64,000 nt of DNA from Octopus sinensis. Taxonomy: Eukaryota. How positions within the stretch are numbered: position 1 is the first letter of the stretch; each line of letters starts with the position of its first letter. A program made the position numbers and the translations under genes. Under the pieces are notes generated by a model that did no database searches, was not told the DNA's origin, and saw only the letters and a program-made list of their open reading frames with translations. Positions 13,282-26,402 of the stretch are shown here, in pieces. The stretch spans positions 114,638,001-114,702,000 of the forward strand of contig NC_043001.1 in the NCBI RefSeq assembly GCF_006345805.1, given 5' to 3'.

Positions 13282-14454
13282 CATACATGCATATACAAAT
13301 GGTATATACGTATAATAAATCAATTATTCAAACACTGTTTTATTATTTTATGACAAAATTTGAACTTTCTGAAATCACGCCAGAAACAGAAAACTATAAG
13401 TGCATATTTGGACGAATAAAAGAAATGCATCCACACAAAACACTATGAATAGATGTGCATATTTGACTGTCTCTGTGCGAGTGTACATGAAGGTCTATAT
13501 ATGTGTTTATGGGCATGAGTTTAGACATCCTATGAAACCTATGTTAACATATATTAACAATATTTATTGAAAAAAGAGCCCAGTAGAAAATTATTTCTGT
13601 CACTGTGTCTGGATGTGTATGTGTCTTTGTATACGCACGTGTGTGTGTACGAGTGTTTGGAGGTAATCATACATGCATGTATTTATGTTCGTCGAAACAC
13701 AGATACACTCACATGCACCTTCCAATCACATGCAAAATTGTAAAATTAATTATCGAAATGTTAGTCCCTTCTGTTCGTGCAATTAATTAGCAAATATGAA
13801 GATGACATCTATTGTATAACCTGACTCTATTTTCCGATATCATCAGCCATTCTTTTAACAGAATTGGAAACAAAACGAAGTTCTATTTATGTGTAGTTTT
13901 GAGATTTCTCGATAAAATCTTTTTAGAAATACCTACTTTGTCAAAATTTTCAACTTTGTGCATATGACATTTTAGCACTAATATGTACAGATTTTCATCT
14001 ATTGGCCATTTCCTAAATGGCCATATATTATGTTTAGTTTTATTGAAGAATCCAAACAAATAGCCCCAGGTTAGTTTTGGTTGATCGCAATTATTCTGAA
14101 ATGCGTTCCAGTTATATCGACACACTTTTACTATCTTGGAATATGTTGTCCAATAGGTAGTGGTGTTTTTCCTAATGTATTAATTTGTATGCTATTTCTA
14201 GTAATTCGATTAATTAGCTAAAACCCACTCCTTGTTTCCTCGTTGGCTATGATCGATCATTCAAATTTGATAAAGAACAAGCAGAAAGACCGCCGGTTTG
14301 AATGAAGAGATGCTTATTATCCGTTCCAATAAATAATAAGCTTCAATATCATATTTCACATCGTCTTACTTATGTTCCATATCAATAAATATTTTACAAT
14401 TGAACTGCTTATCGCCTCCGTCTAACAAGAGGTATTCCGCTTCTCCATAAAACG

Positions 14455-14480
14455 TTACGTCAGCATTTGACCTTTGACCT
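14455..14480. promoter_or_regulatory. Candidate enhancer motif pair: CRE-like TTACGTCA plus perfect DR1 TGACCT-T-TGACCT
   Basis: ttacgtca at 14455-14462 and tgacctttgacct at 14468-14480, within a ~1.4-kb microsatellite-free block. Confidence 0.4.
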
Positions 14481-15209
14481 ATACACTCGATCGAAATCAC
14501 ACACATAGCTCGCACAACAACAGACTCCTAATTAACTATTCAGCGAAATTTGGCTACCATGTGTAGCACCTACAATTCGCAAGAAGACGATTTCACGTGA
14601 ATAATTACAAATACATTCAAAAACCGATTCTACCAACACGTACATTAATTCAGATTAGCGTAAGGGAAAATTGTGCATCTTTGTCCTAATTCATCTGGAA
14701 TCATGTACCATGGAAGAAAATAATTCACCTTCCATGGAACAACCTCAAATAATCTATTCTATATTCCAGTCCACCCACAAACAGCAGCCTATATCAAACT
14801 GATAATTTACAGTTGCTACCTAGCTGTTATCAAAGTTGTTACTTAGATGTTATCAAAGAGAAAAATTTGTCTAAGACAAATTCTACGAATCCAAAATTTT
14901 CGTCACAAGATTTCATCTCACAGTTACCAGATTCAGCTTCAGCTCCTCCTTGCTGATCAAAGTTTTAGAACACATTTTCGTTTACACCATACAACATCAA
15001 GTCAGCATTAACATTGTTTGTTACCTACCAGACTTCACCGAATTATAATCGAACTAGCGCCTGCGTCACGGAGATATTAAGTTAGCCATCCACCATGTCA
15101 TTTTTGAAAAGCGTGCGTTTATCATATGCGAGCAGAACGCAAAATATCTATTAGCCTGAACAATTGAATTATGTTATACATTATTTAACAACCTACCTAC
15201 ACAAGTTTC

Positions 15210-15580
15210 ATATTTTATCATTTATTTGTTTCACTCATGAAACTATGGCCATGCTGGAGCTTTGCCTTAAACATTTGAGTCGCAAAATTCGATCCCGGTA
15301 CTTTTTAAAGCCTGATTCTTATTCTATCAGCTCATTTGCTGAACTACCTGTTACCGGGACAACGCCGGTTGTCATTCAATGGTGGGGCTCAAACACAAAT
15401 ACAGCTTCAAATATGTACTCATGTGTTCATCTACTAAATTCAATCCCACGGCTTTGGTCGGCCCGTATCTATAGAACCTTGGCTATGTACGTAGCTAAGG
15501 TGTAATGCAGTGGGATTGATCCGTCAGAATGTGGATGAGATGTCAACTTCTTACCACATGGCCATACCTGCCCCACTGCA
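15210..15580 (-). mobile_element. Decayed tRNA-derived SINE (same family as 51498-51910)
   Basis: Shares gggccgaccaaagcc, gatagaataag and gctccagcatggcc blocks with the intact copy. Confidence 0.7.
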
Positions 15581-15721
15581 GGCGTGGCTGTATGAACCCA
15601 TGTTCGATCAAGCGACATGTGAGTGGGTTTGGTAGAGTGACACAGAAAGAGGCCAGTCCTACGCATGTCATGAATGAGCCTACATACACATACACACATG
15701 TATAAATATATATATTATATT

Positions 15722-15760
<39 letters not shown>

Positions 15761-15762
<2 letters not shown>

Positions 15763-16098
15763 GCAATGCTGGTGCTGACTAGCACCCTCTGTCACTTTAG
15801 TAACGTCTATACTTGTTACCTTTCGGTTGTGAATTGCGAATAGCCACCTTAATACTTTATAATTCCTAGTTCACCATTTTCGGAATCAGTCAATATTTTT
15901 ATGGTGTTTTCTATAAGACGATGGAGTAATGGCTCCCTGATGAAGATTACTCAAATCTGAAATCAACTCTGACTCCATCTCGCTTGCCATAGGGAGGAAA
16001 CTTGTCGTTAGAAAATGCTTCCACGGGGTTATGAGTTGTTTTGACTCATATTTCTAGCAACGCTTTTGCTGACTAGCACCCTTCGGCGCTTTGGTGGC
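15761..16098 (+). mobile_element. 294-bp monomer with ~40-bp terminal direct repeat and internal hammerhead core (retrozyme-like)
   Basis: tagcaa.gct..tgctgactagcaccct occurs at 15761 and 16055. CTGATGA-AGATT-actca-AATCT-GAAA at 15937-15962. (TA)n on both flanks. Confidence 0.5.
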
Positions 16099-16175
16099 AA
16101 ATATATATATATATATAATATATATATAATATATATATATATATAAATAGAAAAAAGCAACAAGATGTATTAAAA

Positions 16176-16263
16176 TCTCGGCACGATCGTTTCGTACGGG
16201 GACATCTTTAATAAGCTACAAAAAATGCAGTGAATACAGATGGCTCGTACTCGTCAGCCGAAA
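16176..16263 (-). ncRNA. Type-I hammerhead with extended helix II and a GUG cleavage triplet
   Basis: TTTCGG-CTGACGA-GTACG...CATCT...AGATG...CGTAC-GAA-ACGATCGT-G-CCGAGA: 6-bp helix I and palindromic 8-nt helix III. Confidence 0.7.
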
Positions 16264-16522
16264 AAAACATCAGAGAATTCCCAAACATCAAAAGGGGTAG
16301 ATACAAAAGAGGTTGTAAGATTAGCTGCATTGAAGAAAGTTCGATTCATGGAGATCCGATGAAAGGTTTTAAACCTATAGAATTTATGCATGTCTACATA
16401 TAGCTCATATTGAATATTTGATCAAGTTGTCCTAGTTAAGGTCCTAGTTAATATGGTCCTAGTTAAGGACCATATTCATGTGAATTCTTTAGAATTCACT
16501 GGAATCTCAATTACTTAATCGA

Positions 16523-16554
<32 letters not shown>

Positions 16555-17036
16555 CCACAGGTACTGAAACAAATTGTATATTTCAATACACACACCGTAC
16601 GAATACACTGGCCTGTATATTTTCAGCTACGTACTTATATCCTTAAAGCAACAAGTATATATATATTTGCACATTGTCTTTTTATATATTTCATTTTATG
16701 ATCACATTCATTCACTGTAGTATGCGAGCAAATATGTGTATTGTCTTATGAGTCTCCCTCACGTTTGACGTTTATTGCATCAGCAAAACTTTTTAACGAT
16801 CTAATTAATTGCTGTTAAGTGAAAACAATATGAGTGACTAAATTTGAATTTCATATTAGTATATCTCCCTTGTTATTTAAAGTGCAGCCAAGCGTTTGTT
16901 TTTCAATGGAACGTGCTCATATAGAACACCATCGCCACTCTCCATTATAAATGAATATATCTGGAAAATATATCATATATCCGTATGCATATATGTATGT
17001 GCATAACGTCCATCTATCTCTTCTCTTTCTTTCTCG

Positions 17037-17103
<67 letters not shown>

Positions 17104-17289
17104 TCATAGACACACACTTAGACACTCGAAAACTCATACACACAAATGAAAGAACAAGCTCTATACATACATTTATACACAACAAACTCAATTTTAGTCA
17201 TGTAACAACAAACACATTCACCTACAGGAAAAACGTATCGTTATGTGGTTACTTAAAATTGCAAAGGTTGTAGACCCACTTTGGTTATG

Positions 17290-17590
17290 AATGACCAAGA
17301 GATTGCACTCCGAGGCACAAGTAGGGACAAGTTTGTTTCTAGAAGACCAGTAGACACTCGTGCATGTCAGCCTCCCCTCTTCCGCCACCGATCTTATCCA
17401 TGGGAAAGGCAAGGGCTGATACAGTGTAGCACCAGCGACGTTGCTACTCATTTCTACAGCTGAGTCAACTGGAGCAATATGAAATACAGTGTCTTGCTCA
17501 AGAACAGAACACATAACCCGGTCCGGGAATCCAACTCACTACTCCATGATTGTGAGCCTGACGCTCTATCCACTGACCCCTGCACCTTCA
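17290..17590 (-). mobile_element. tRNA-derived SINE with CORE-like segment
   Basis: A-box ggtcagtgg and B-box-like gagttggattcc, then ttgagcaagacac...ctccagttgactcagctgtagaaatgag, resembling the CORE domain. Confidence 0.7.
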
Positions 17591-17722
17591 CGTTCTAAGC
17601 ACTAGGTCATACACCTTCATATGGTCACTTACACTTCTACAAATAACAGAGAAATTCCCCACAAATTGTTTCCTCGAATCCTTAAAACGTAATTGATTAT
17701 AAAATAGGTGGGATATATAGAG

Positions 17723-17866
17723 AATACCAAACGAGTTCCCTATGGATACCGTATTTATTACAACGAGTGGCTTGTAAACGTATCTAACGAGCGAAAGCGA
17801 GTTAGATACGTTTCCAAGCCACGAGTTGTAATAAATACGGTATCCATAGGGAATGAGTTTGGTATT
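17723..17866. repeat. 144-bp fold-back palindrome with tandem G-A steps
   Basis: ~66-bp arms around a C-GAAA-G loop; see findings. Confidence 0.9.
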
Positions 17867-18868
17867 TTATTTATTACACACGAATAAACGACCTTTTTTA
17901 TTAACCCAATAACTAAATTCTTCACATCGTGTTGAAGCGCGCATGAATACATCTTGATTTCACGTCAGTGACGTCACAATGTGTAACTGTCAAAGATGTC
18001 ATGCCACAGGAAGATAGACCGACTTTATAGCGCTAAGTTTTCAAGTGAAATGACTGATAACTGATTTTAAGTGATATCTGGTATAAAAAAAGATAGTATG
18101 TTTGTTTAATTACATGGCTACATTCTACCTGCTCGTGAAAGTAATGAATGAAGTTTAGTTGTAACTTATGAATGACAAAAGTAGTGCCGTCACCGTGACC
18201 TCGGGTCATCACCATGGATTGACCAATCAGAAGCAGCGCTCGCAGTATCTGACATATGTTAGATACCAAAAATATCTCAAAGTGTTCTCACTCACATGTG
18301 TGTAATAAAGTCTTGAAACAAAAGCCTACATGATTGAAACCATTTCATATTTGTGAGTTCCTCAGTTACACATTTTGAGGGCCTTAGAAGTACCCAAGTT
18401 TTTGTAAGCATATAAACACTAGAGATAATTTATTTCTCTCCGCAACAGCTTTGCTAAGATCTGGAAAAGATCTTGGAAGGTGTTTTTACTTCATTGTCGA
18501 AGTTATGTAATACAATATGCATATAAAAACACATACTCAGATAATAACACCGACGATTATTAGCCATAAACCTAAAAGACAGAAAAATAGCTCGATACAT
18601 TTGTAATTTTCAACAAATACATATGTGTGTGGGTGTCTGTGTAAATATATATATATATACACGCGCCTATCTGTAGCAGAGGCAATATGAACTCATCCGG
18701 TTAATGTCATAAAGCAAAGCGCCATTCAGAAACAACTGCATAAACCACAGTATTTCGGTATTGTTCGGCTATTTGAAACATTAGATTATTACATTTGCAT
18801 TCAACACTAAATAATTTCCTATTCAACTGATTACATTCAATAGCATTTCATTCTTGGACAAGTGTGGG

Positions 18869-18899
<31 letters not shown>

Positions 18900-19639
18900 G
18901 TATGTATTAATGTATATATATATATGTGTGTGTCTGTGTGTTTTTGTGTGTATATGTATATGTATGTATGTATATGTATATATATATATTTATATATATA
19001 TAATATATATATACACACATGTATGTATGCATCTAGGTAGATAAATACGTACGTACGTACGTATGTATGCATGTTTACATGCATGAAACTAATAAAATAG
19101 ATATTTCTGACAAGAAAATAGTTATAGAATTTAGCTAACAAAGTTTGTACAATTTTATTGCCTTCATAAAATGTGAATGAATGGAAGCCCTCAAAAACTA
19201 CTGCCGAGATAGGGCTAGGAAATCATTTGATATATGTGTGTGCATATATATATACATACATATATATATACATATATATATATATGTGTGTGTGTGTGTG
19301 TAAATGTATATATATATATAAGATTGATATAATTTTAATGTAAATATCGTATAATATTAAAAGATATCTTTTCATATTTTATTATTATTAATTTTATGTT
19401 ATATGCAATATAAGCGTAATATATTTCATATGCACGTATATATATATATATATTTACAGACATACATACATACATACATACATATAAATACACACAGAGA
19501 TATATATGTATATACATATATATATATGTATGTATATATATATATATATATATATTTACAGACATACATACATACATACATATAAATACACACACAGATA
19601 TATATGTATATACATATATATATATGTATGTATATATAT

Positions 19640-19674
<35 letters not shown>

Positions 19675-20012
19675 TATAATATATATATATCTATATATAT
19701 AGCTAAAGCCAGCTAGAGACGATGATCTATATATATATATAATATATTATATATATAATATATATGTGCATGCATGTATGTATATATGTATAATTTTAAG
19801 GCTTCAATTCAATAACATTTGTTTTAAGGTGGCATAAAATAAGGGATAACTACACTGCGTACTGTATACACATGCATTCATAATTGTACATGCAGACATG
19901 TTTTCGTGCATGCACATGCGCGTCTGTGTGAAAGAGAGCTTGTTAAATATATATACACACATAAGTACATTTACGTAGAAATATGTATCTATTTATGCGC
20001 ATTTTGTGTGTA

Positions 20013-20048
<36 letters not shown>

Positions 20049-20549
20049 CTTGTGTGCGTGCTCGTGTGTTTGTGCGTACGCGTTTGTGTGTGTCCATACA
20101 TATAAACATATAACTTATAAGCCACTATAACATAATTCCATATCTTTTCTCATTGAATTCTAAATTTTAAATATAAATATGGACATTTTTATTTTTAAGA
20201 AGGAAGAAAATTCTAAATCTAGTTAATTTTACTTTCTTTCTTTAAAATAAAAAAAAAATTTGCGACACTATAGATTTTTCTGAAATTATTATGAAATAAT
20301 TTTGTATGTTAAGGATAATATCATATGTAATAACTAGTTTTTTGTCTCGAAGGCAGGGGTTTGTGTATTAAATTATATATATATACATCAGAAAATTGAT
20401 ATAGATATAAATCTTTAAACAGATAATTGAGTTTTGCCTTTTGTTCGTATACATATTTTTCTTGTTTTTCTTTGTTGTTGGGATTTGGATTTCTAGATTT
20501 TTAAGCTATTTTCGATTGAATTTTAAATTATAATGTTACGTACATACAG

Positions 20550-20578
20550 CTGATGAGTCCAAAAAATATAGAAACGTT
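20550..20578 (+). ncRNA. Hammerhead relic (core intact, helix II broken)
   Basis: CTGATGA-GTCC-aaaaaatata-GAAACGTT. Confidence 0.4.
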
Positions 20579-22019
20579 GCGTAAAACAGCCATTGAAACT
20601 TCATCAAATGTAAGTTATATTAAAATGTTAAAATATTTGTTGATTTTCATGTGTGACGTGAAGCAGAAGGGATGAGAAATTTAGTTTTTTTAAATATATG
20701 GTCGAGTGAAGTGTACGTGATTATGATGATTATGATGATGAAACAGAGCAAGAGGGGGAAGGGAACGATTTCGAAATGAATTATGATATTGATAATCAGA
20801 ATGATGATCACGATGATCAACCACAATAATCAATCGCGAAGATCTTGACAATAGTTTGACAGCACTAAACAGCAAAGTTATAAAGCTTAATGAACCTAAC
20901 AGATGCAATTACAGGAATTTGCAACGTCAGAAATTGAATTGCGGTCGTAAAAACTTGACCAAAAATTATGTAGAAATATTAAGCAAAATACCTAATGAGA
21001 ATAATAAAATTAAATAATGGAGGTGTTTAATCCTAAAGTTTTTATCACATTTGACCACCTAACGCATATATCCATCTTACGTTGTTCTTTTAGCATTTCT
21101 CCAGGAGTATTTATGAGTACTCATGGAAAACTCTGCCTATGACACATCCTCCGAGAAAGGTATCCTTCAGTTTGATACCAAAGAGCAGATTCCATTAAAG
21201 GCAACCAAGATCCGAGCCAGGTTATAGTATTCAACCGGACGACGAATTAGGTCTACTAACCTAATAGGATATTAGGTTTACTGACCCAACAAGATATGAA
21301 ATCAGAGCTCCGAGTGTCAGGGAAAATATCGAAGCGCGTCCTACTAGACATTCAACTCATTCTGCCAAATGACAGCTCATTGAGAACTTATATGAAAGCT
21401 GTCTTACTCATTTTATTCAATTTACAGTTATTTTTGTATGCAGTAGTTGAATTTTAATGTTCCACGCCAGAGATTACATAACAACGGCGTATTATAGTGA
21501 TGTCATAACAGTGTGAAAATACTGATAAAGCAGCAGGTATGACACGAATCGGTTTGGTGGATTTTAGTGACTTATTTGAAACGAAACCATTTCTAAATAA
21601 CTTTCGTTGTAAAGTTTGTGGTACATATTTGTTAAGAATGTCAACTAAATTTATAATAGTGAAACTTATATTGAAATAGAGTGAGAGGATGGAATAATAA
21701 CAGGAACTTTAATGATAATATAAACTGTGGCGTTTGTGACCTTTGTCCGTTGACGTCTTATTTCAAATTCCACCCAGACTCATTATGACTTGCCCCACTC
21801 CAGGTTCAATAAAATTAATAAGTTATTTATTTAAGTTATTTGCTCCCAATCGAGCATAAACCATTGACGACTTTTCCCCACTATTCTTCATTTCGGGTTT
21901 TCCTCTCTAAGATTTGTGTTTCGAATTTTCATCGATGCTTCTGTAGCTTGTTTCAGTTTTTGCTACGTAAAGTTTTGGCCCTGCGCAGAATTATATTTAC
22001 CTCTGGTAGTAGGTGGTTC

Positions 22020-22258
22020 ATATTTATTTCTTTATTGCTCACAGGGGGTAAACATAGAGGAGACAAACAAGGACACAGAAAGGGATTAAATCGATTACAT
22101 CGACCCCAGTGCGTAACTGGCACTTATCTACTCCACCCCGAAAGGATAAAAGGCAAAGTCGACCTCGCGGGAATTTGAAGTCAGAACGTAACGGCAGACG
22201 AAATACTGCTAGGCATTTCGATCGGTGTGCTAACGATTCTGCCAGCTCGCCACCTTAG
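22020..22258 (-). mobile_element. tRNA-derived SINE (ggcgagctggcagaatcgttagc family)
   Basis: A-box tggcagaatcg, B-box-like gacttcaaattc; homologous to copies at 47062, 55970 and 56165. Confidence 0.8.
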
Positions 22259-22940
22259 ATGGTTCATATTAATCTGTGCTCTATCTATTGACCTGTTAAG
22301 CATAAGACATACCAAGATACTGCCCTCCGCTTGCATAACTCTCAGGCAGGCAAGACACCACATCGCAACAAATACTGGATGCAACAAATGCCAGCCGAAT
22401 AAAAAAGAAATTATATTTACGTTGTATAAATACTACCGTAGAAAACCGTGTCTCAGAAATGATTGAAACCACTGAACGAAGAAGAGAAACTCATCTGCTA
22501 TGGAATGGTTAAGATTGGTTATTTCCATCTCAACTTACGGGACAAGTTTGGCCAAAAAAATAAATTAGGAACAGCAAGTATTTCGTAGAATATCTAGGCT
22601 ACCAGACAGCAAAGTACATATGTGTACAATTACTTACCGAACAAAAAGAAGAAAAATTAATAAAGCATCAAAAACATATGGGGATGAAATTAAAGAATTT
22701 CTCATACGGCACATTTGTTTTCATGTAGTTAACTGGTGTCATCATAACGCCCATTACAATCCCCAGACAATTCCACAAAGTTTACGGTTTCGACAATAGG
22801 AAATGTCTGCTATTTATTTTTTTCAATGAAAGAAAATTAAGTGTCAAAGGAAGAACAAAACAATTTAAATAATGGTTAACGGCAGCATTTTTGAAATCTT
22901 TTGTTATGTATATTGGATACAGTAGCATGTGCGTGTGTGT

Positions 22941-22976
<36 letters not shown>

Positions 22977-23049
22977 CGTGTCCACTCGTACATATATACA
23001 CAATAAAATTAAAAGCATATATATATTATATTATATTATATATATATAT

Positions 23050-23098
<49 letters not shown>

Positions 23099-23652
23099 CA
23101 CACACACACAAACAAAGTAATTTATACACACACAATTCATATATATCACACACATACATACATGCATGCCTATACACATACTTACGTATTTAGATATATA
23201 CGTGTCTATGTTTGCTTGTGGGTGTGTATGTGTTTTTGTTTGTATGTATATCAAGTTATTCATATTAATATCACATTTAACCTACTCAAATTCGCTGATG
23301 TAGATTTAATAGAATCACAAGCCAGCCAAATTTAGAAATATCTTCATATGTCTCGCTCTTGTTGCAGAGCAATATGCAATATAAAGACCATTTTATTAAC
23401 CCACTGATAGAATGTAAATGTAATACTCTAGAAAAATAATATTGAAAAGAAAATAGAACAATAAAAAAAGAAAACAATTTTTAAATACTTTTAAAACCGT
23501 CTCATATATAAAATGGGCCTTTTGTTGTTTCATTGCCATTTTTTTTTCAGTTTCGAGAAAATAATGAACAAAATATATTTTAAGTTATGCAGGAGGAAAA
23601 CGCTAAATCTAAGACACACATAAACACAGCCGTTTTATATGTGTATACATGT

Positions 23653-24045
23653 GTGGCTGAGTGATAAGAAGCTTGCTTCCCAACCACATGGTTCTGGGTT
23701 CAGTCATACGGCGTGGCACCTTGAACGAGTGTCTTCTACTATAGCCTCGGGCCGACCAAAGCCTTACGAGTGGATTTGGTAAATTGAAAGAATTCCGTCG
23801 TGTATATATGTGTGTGTGTATGTGTATGTGTGTATGTGTGTGTGTGTGTGTGTGTAGGTTGTTTGTCGCTACACCGTCGCTTGACAACCGATGTGTGTGT
23901 ATATATATCCCCGTAATTTAGCGGTTCAGCTGAAGAGAATGATAGAATAATTACTGGGCTTACAAAGAATAATTCCTGGGGCTGAATTGTTCGACTAAAG
24001 ACGGTGCTCCAGCATAGCCGCAGTCTAAAGAGTGACATAGTAGAC
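23653..24045 (+). mobile_element. tRNA-derived SINE (gtggctgtgtggtaag family)
   Basis: Colinear with 51498-51910, including the internal (TG)n tract. Confidence 0.85.
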
Positions 24046-24109
24046 ATGTGTGTGTATGTGTGTGTGTATGTGTGTGTGTGTGTGTGTGTTTCTGTGTCTG
24101 TGTGTGTGT

Positions 24110-24250
24110 AGGCGCAGGCGACGCTGTGTATTTAACGCTCGGGAAGTGAAAAAGTCTTTAACGTTTCCAGCCTACGCTCTGCGACATAAAGGAATACAGA
24201 AAGAAGCAGAGAGAGAAAATAATGTGTAGTGGCCAGCGATCTATACTCTT
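24110..24250 (-). mobile_element. PLE-type 3' terminus with decayed hammerhead (24154-24192)
   Basis: GAGC-GTAG-GCTG-GAAACGTTAAAGAC; same family as 44152 and 54282. Confidence 0.55.
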
Positions 24251-24780
24251 AATTATATATGTATAGATTTATGTACACGCACACGCGCACGAGTATGCAC
24301 CAATGCGCTCGTAATTTTCTACTTAGGTGTATTGTATACTTATACATTATTTCATAGAACTGCACAAAACCGCATAGCCTCACAATCACAGACACAATCC
24401 AACACACACATATGCACACATACACACGTATATTTAATAAGTTATTAGAGACGGAAACAGTACTGGTACTGAATGATAATTTATACTTCGAACTTAGTAA
24501 TGGACGTAGTCTGCCGACGCCATCAATCTCTGATTTTGAGAAAATATCTCATTTTCTGTGCAAAAAAAGCAAAGATATCAGCAACAGACGAATATTGTCC
24601 ACAACGCCAGTAGAAGAGCTGGAACACATGCTTTCTGCGTGTTGCACATGCTGGCAAAGGTGTATACTATCACCTAAATTTCATCGCTGTTGATACAGAA
24701 AAAAGAGTGTTTAATTAATCACTGGTACTGCAAATAACTGGTACGATGTATATACGCCTTCACGTGTATATATATATGTA

Positions 24781-24818
<38 letters not shown>

Positions 24819-24837
24819 TTATATATATTATATATAT

Positions 24838-24880
<43 letters not shown>

Positions 24881-24935
24881 GTTATATATAATATATACAC
24901 ATATATATATATTTTATATTTATATGTATATATGT

Positions 24936-25266
24936 GGAGGCGCAATGGCCCAGTGGTTAGGGCAGCGGACTCGCGGTCATAGGATCGCGGTTTCGATTCC
25001 CAGACCGGGCGTTGTGAGTGTTTATTGAGCGAAAACACCTAAAGCTGTGGTGATCCCTGCTGTGCTCTTTCATTACAACTTCTCTCACTCTCTTACTTCC
25101 TGTTTCTGTTGTACCTATATTTCTAGGGTCCGGCCTTGTCACTCTCTGTGTCACGCTGAATATCCCCGAGAACTACGTTAAGGGTACACGAGCAGGCTGT
25201 TGCGTTGATTCGGATCAACCGGAACCCTCGTCTTCGTAACCGACGGAGTGCTTCCATTCCATTCCA
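24936..25266 (+). mobile_element. tRNA(Arg)-like SINE with (TTCCA)n tail, inserted in (TA)n
   Basis: A-box tggcccagtgg, gactcgcgg anticodon-like segment, B-box ggtttcgattcc. Confidence 0.85.
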
Positions 25267-26218
25267 TATATATATATATATGTAACTCCAAGAAAGTTAG
25301 AGGTTGTGAATCCAATCCACTAAGGAACAATATCTATCCAATATACTGCTGGTAGAATACCCATTTATTAATACACAAGTGCTTTTTATTGCATTGCAAT
25401 TACGTTACCTAGTGTACTAAATAGATGAAGGTAAAGAGATATTTTACCTTTAATTTGTAGAATGAGGTATTTTATCTATTGTCTGAAACAGCTGTAAGTT
25501 ATTTTCCCAATATATTTTCATGTTTGTTATTTTATAATAATTACTGGTATCCTTATAGATTACTATATTTTATACATTATATGGAAAGCATAATATGTTA
25601 TATGTTAAATGTTATATGTATGAAAATTATTGTAACTATCAGTTTAGTAAATAAATAAAGAAATTAACATAATATAATGTCTAAAAGTTGATGAAACACC
25701 TACCGATCCCATCCATTTACTTATTGCTATATATATATATATATATACTCATATATACATGCAGTATATATATATATATACATGCAGTTTATATATATAT
25801 ATATATATATACTCATATATACATGCAGTTTATATATATATATATATATAGTAGTGGTACAACAAAGCACTGAGCTTTACTGGAAATAACAGTCGATACA
25901 TTTACAAACAGAATGCTAACTCATAAATACACTAAAATTTGCTCACATCCTACGATCTATGATTTAAAAAATGACAAATTTATTCCCCTAGCTCTGTTCT
26001 TTAAAACCCATCAATTTCAATCAACTTCGTAGAAACCAAATACACATTTGCTGTTTTTCGAATCTGAGTTGGTTTTTTTAAAACTAGTTTTGAAACGAAG
26101 TATATAGATTATTCTGTACAATATAAAATTTTGTGGACTAATAAATTTACTATGAAGTCTCAGTAGACACAGATATTATACACTACTTTAACTTCGTACA
26201 TCTGAACACTTCAACTCC

Positions 26219-26277
<59 letters not shown>

Positions 26278-26345
26278 TCTTTACGTAAACCCCTCCACAG
26301 ATACATACATGCATGTGTGTCCATCTATATATATACGTATTTGTA

Positions 26346-26399
<54 letters not shown>

Positions 26400-26402
<3 letters not shown>

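Noticed and set aside
13815-13855. CTGATGA-tatcg-GAAA on the minus strand
   Set aside because: No credible helix I, II or III
19451-19650. ~105-bp tandem duplication of a compound microsatellite
   Set aside because: Slippage or assembly artefact; no unique content
24936-25010. tRNA-Arg gene
   Set aside because: No acceptor stem; continues into a SINE body and tail
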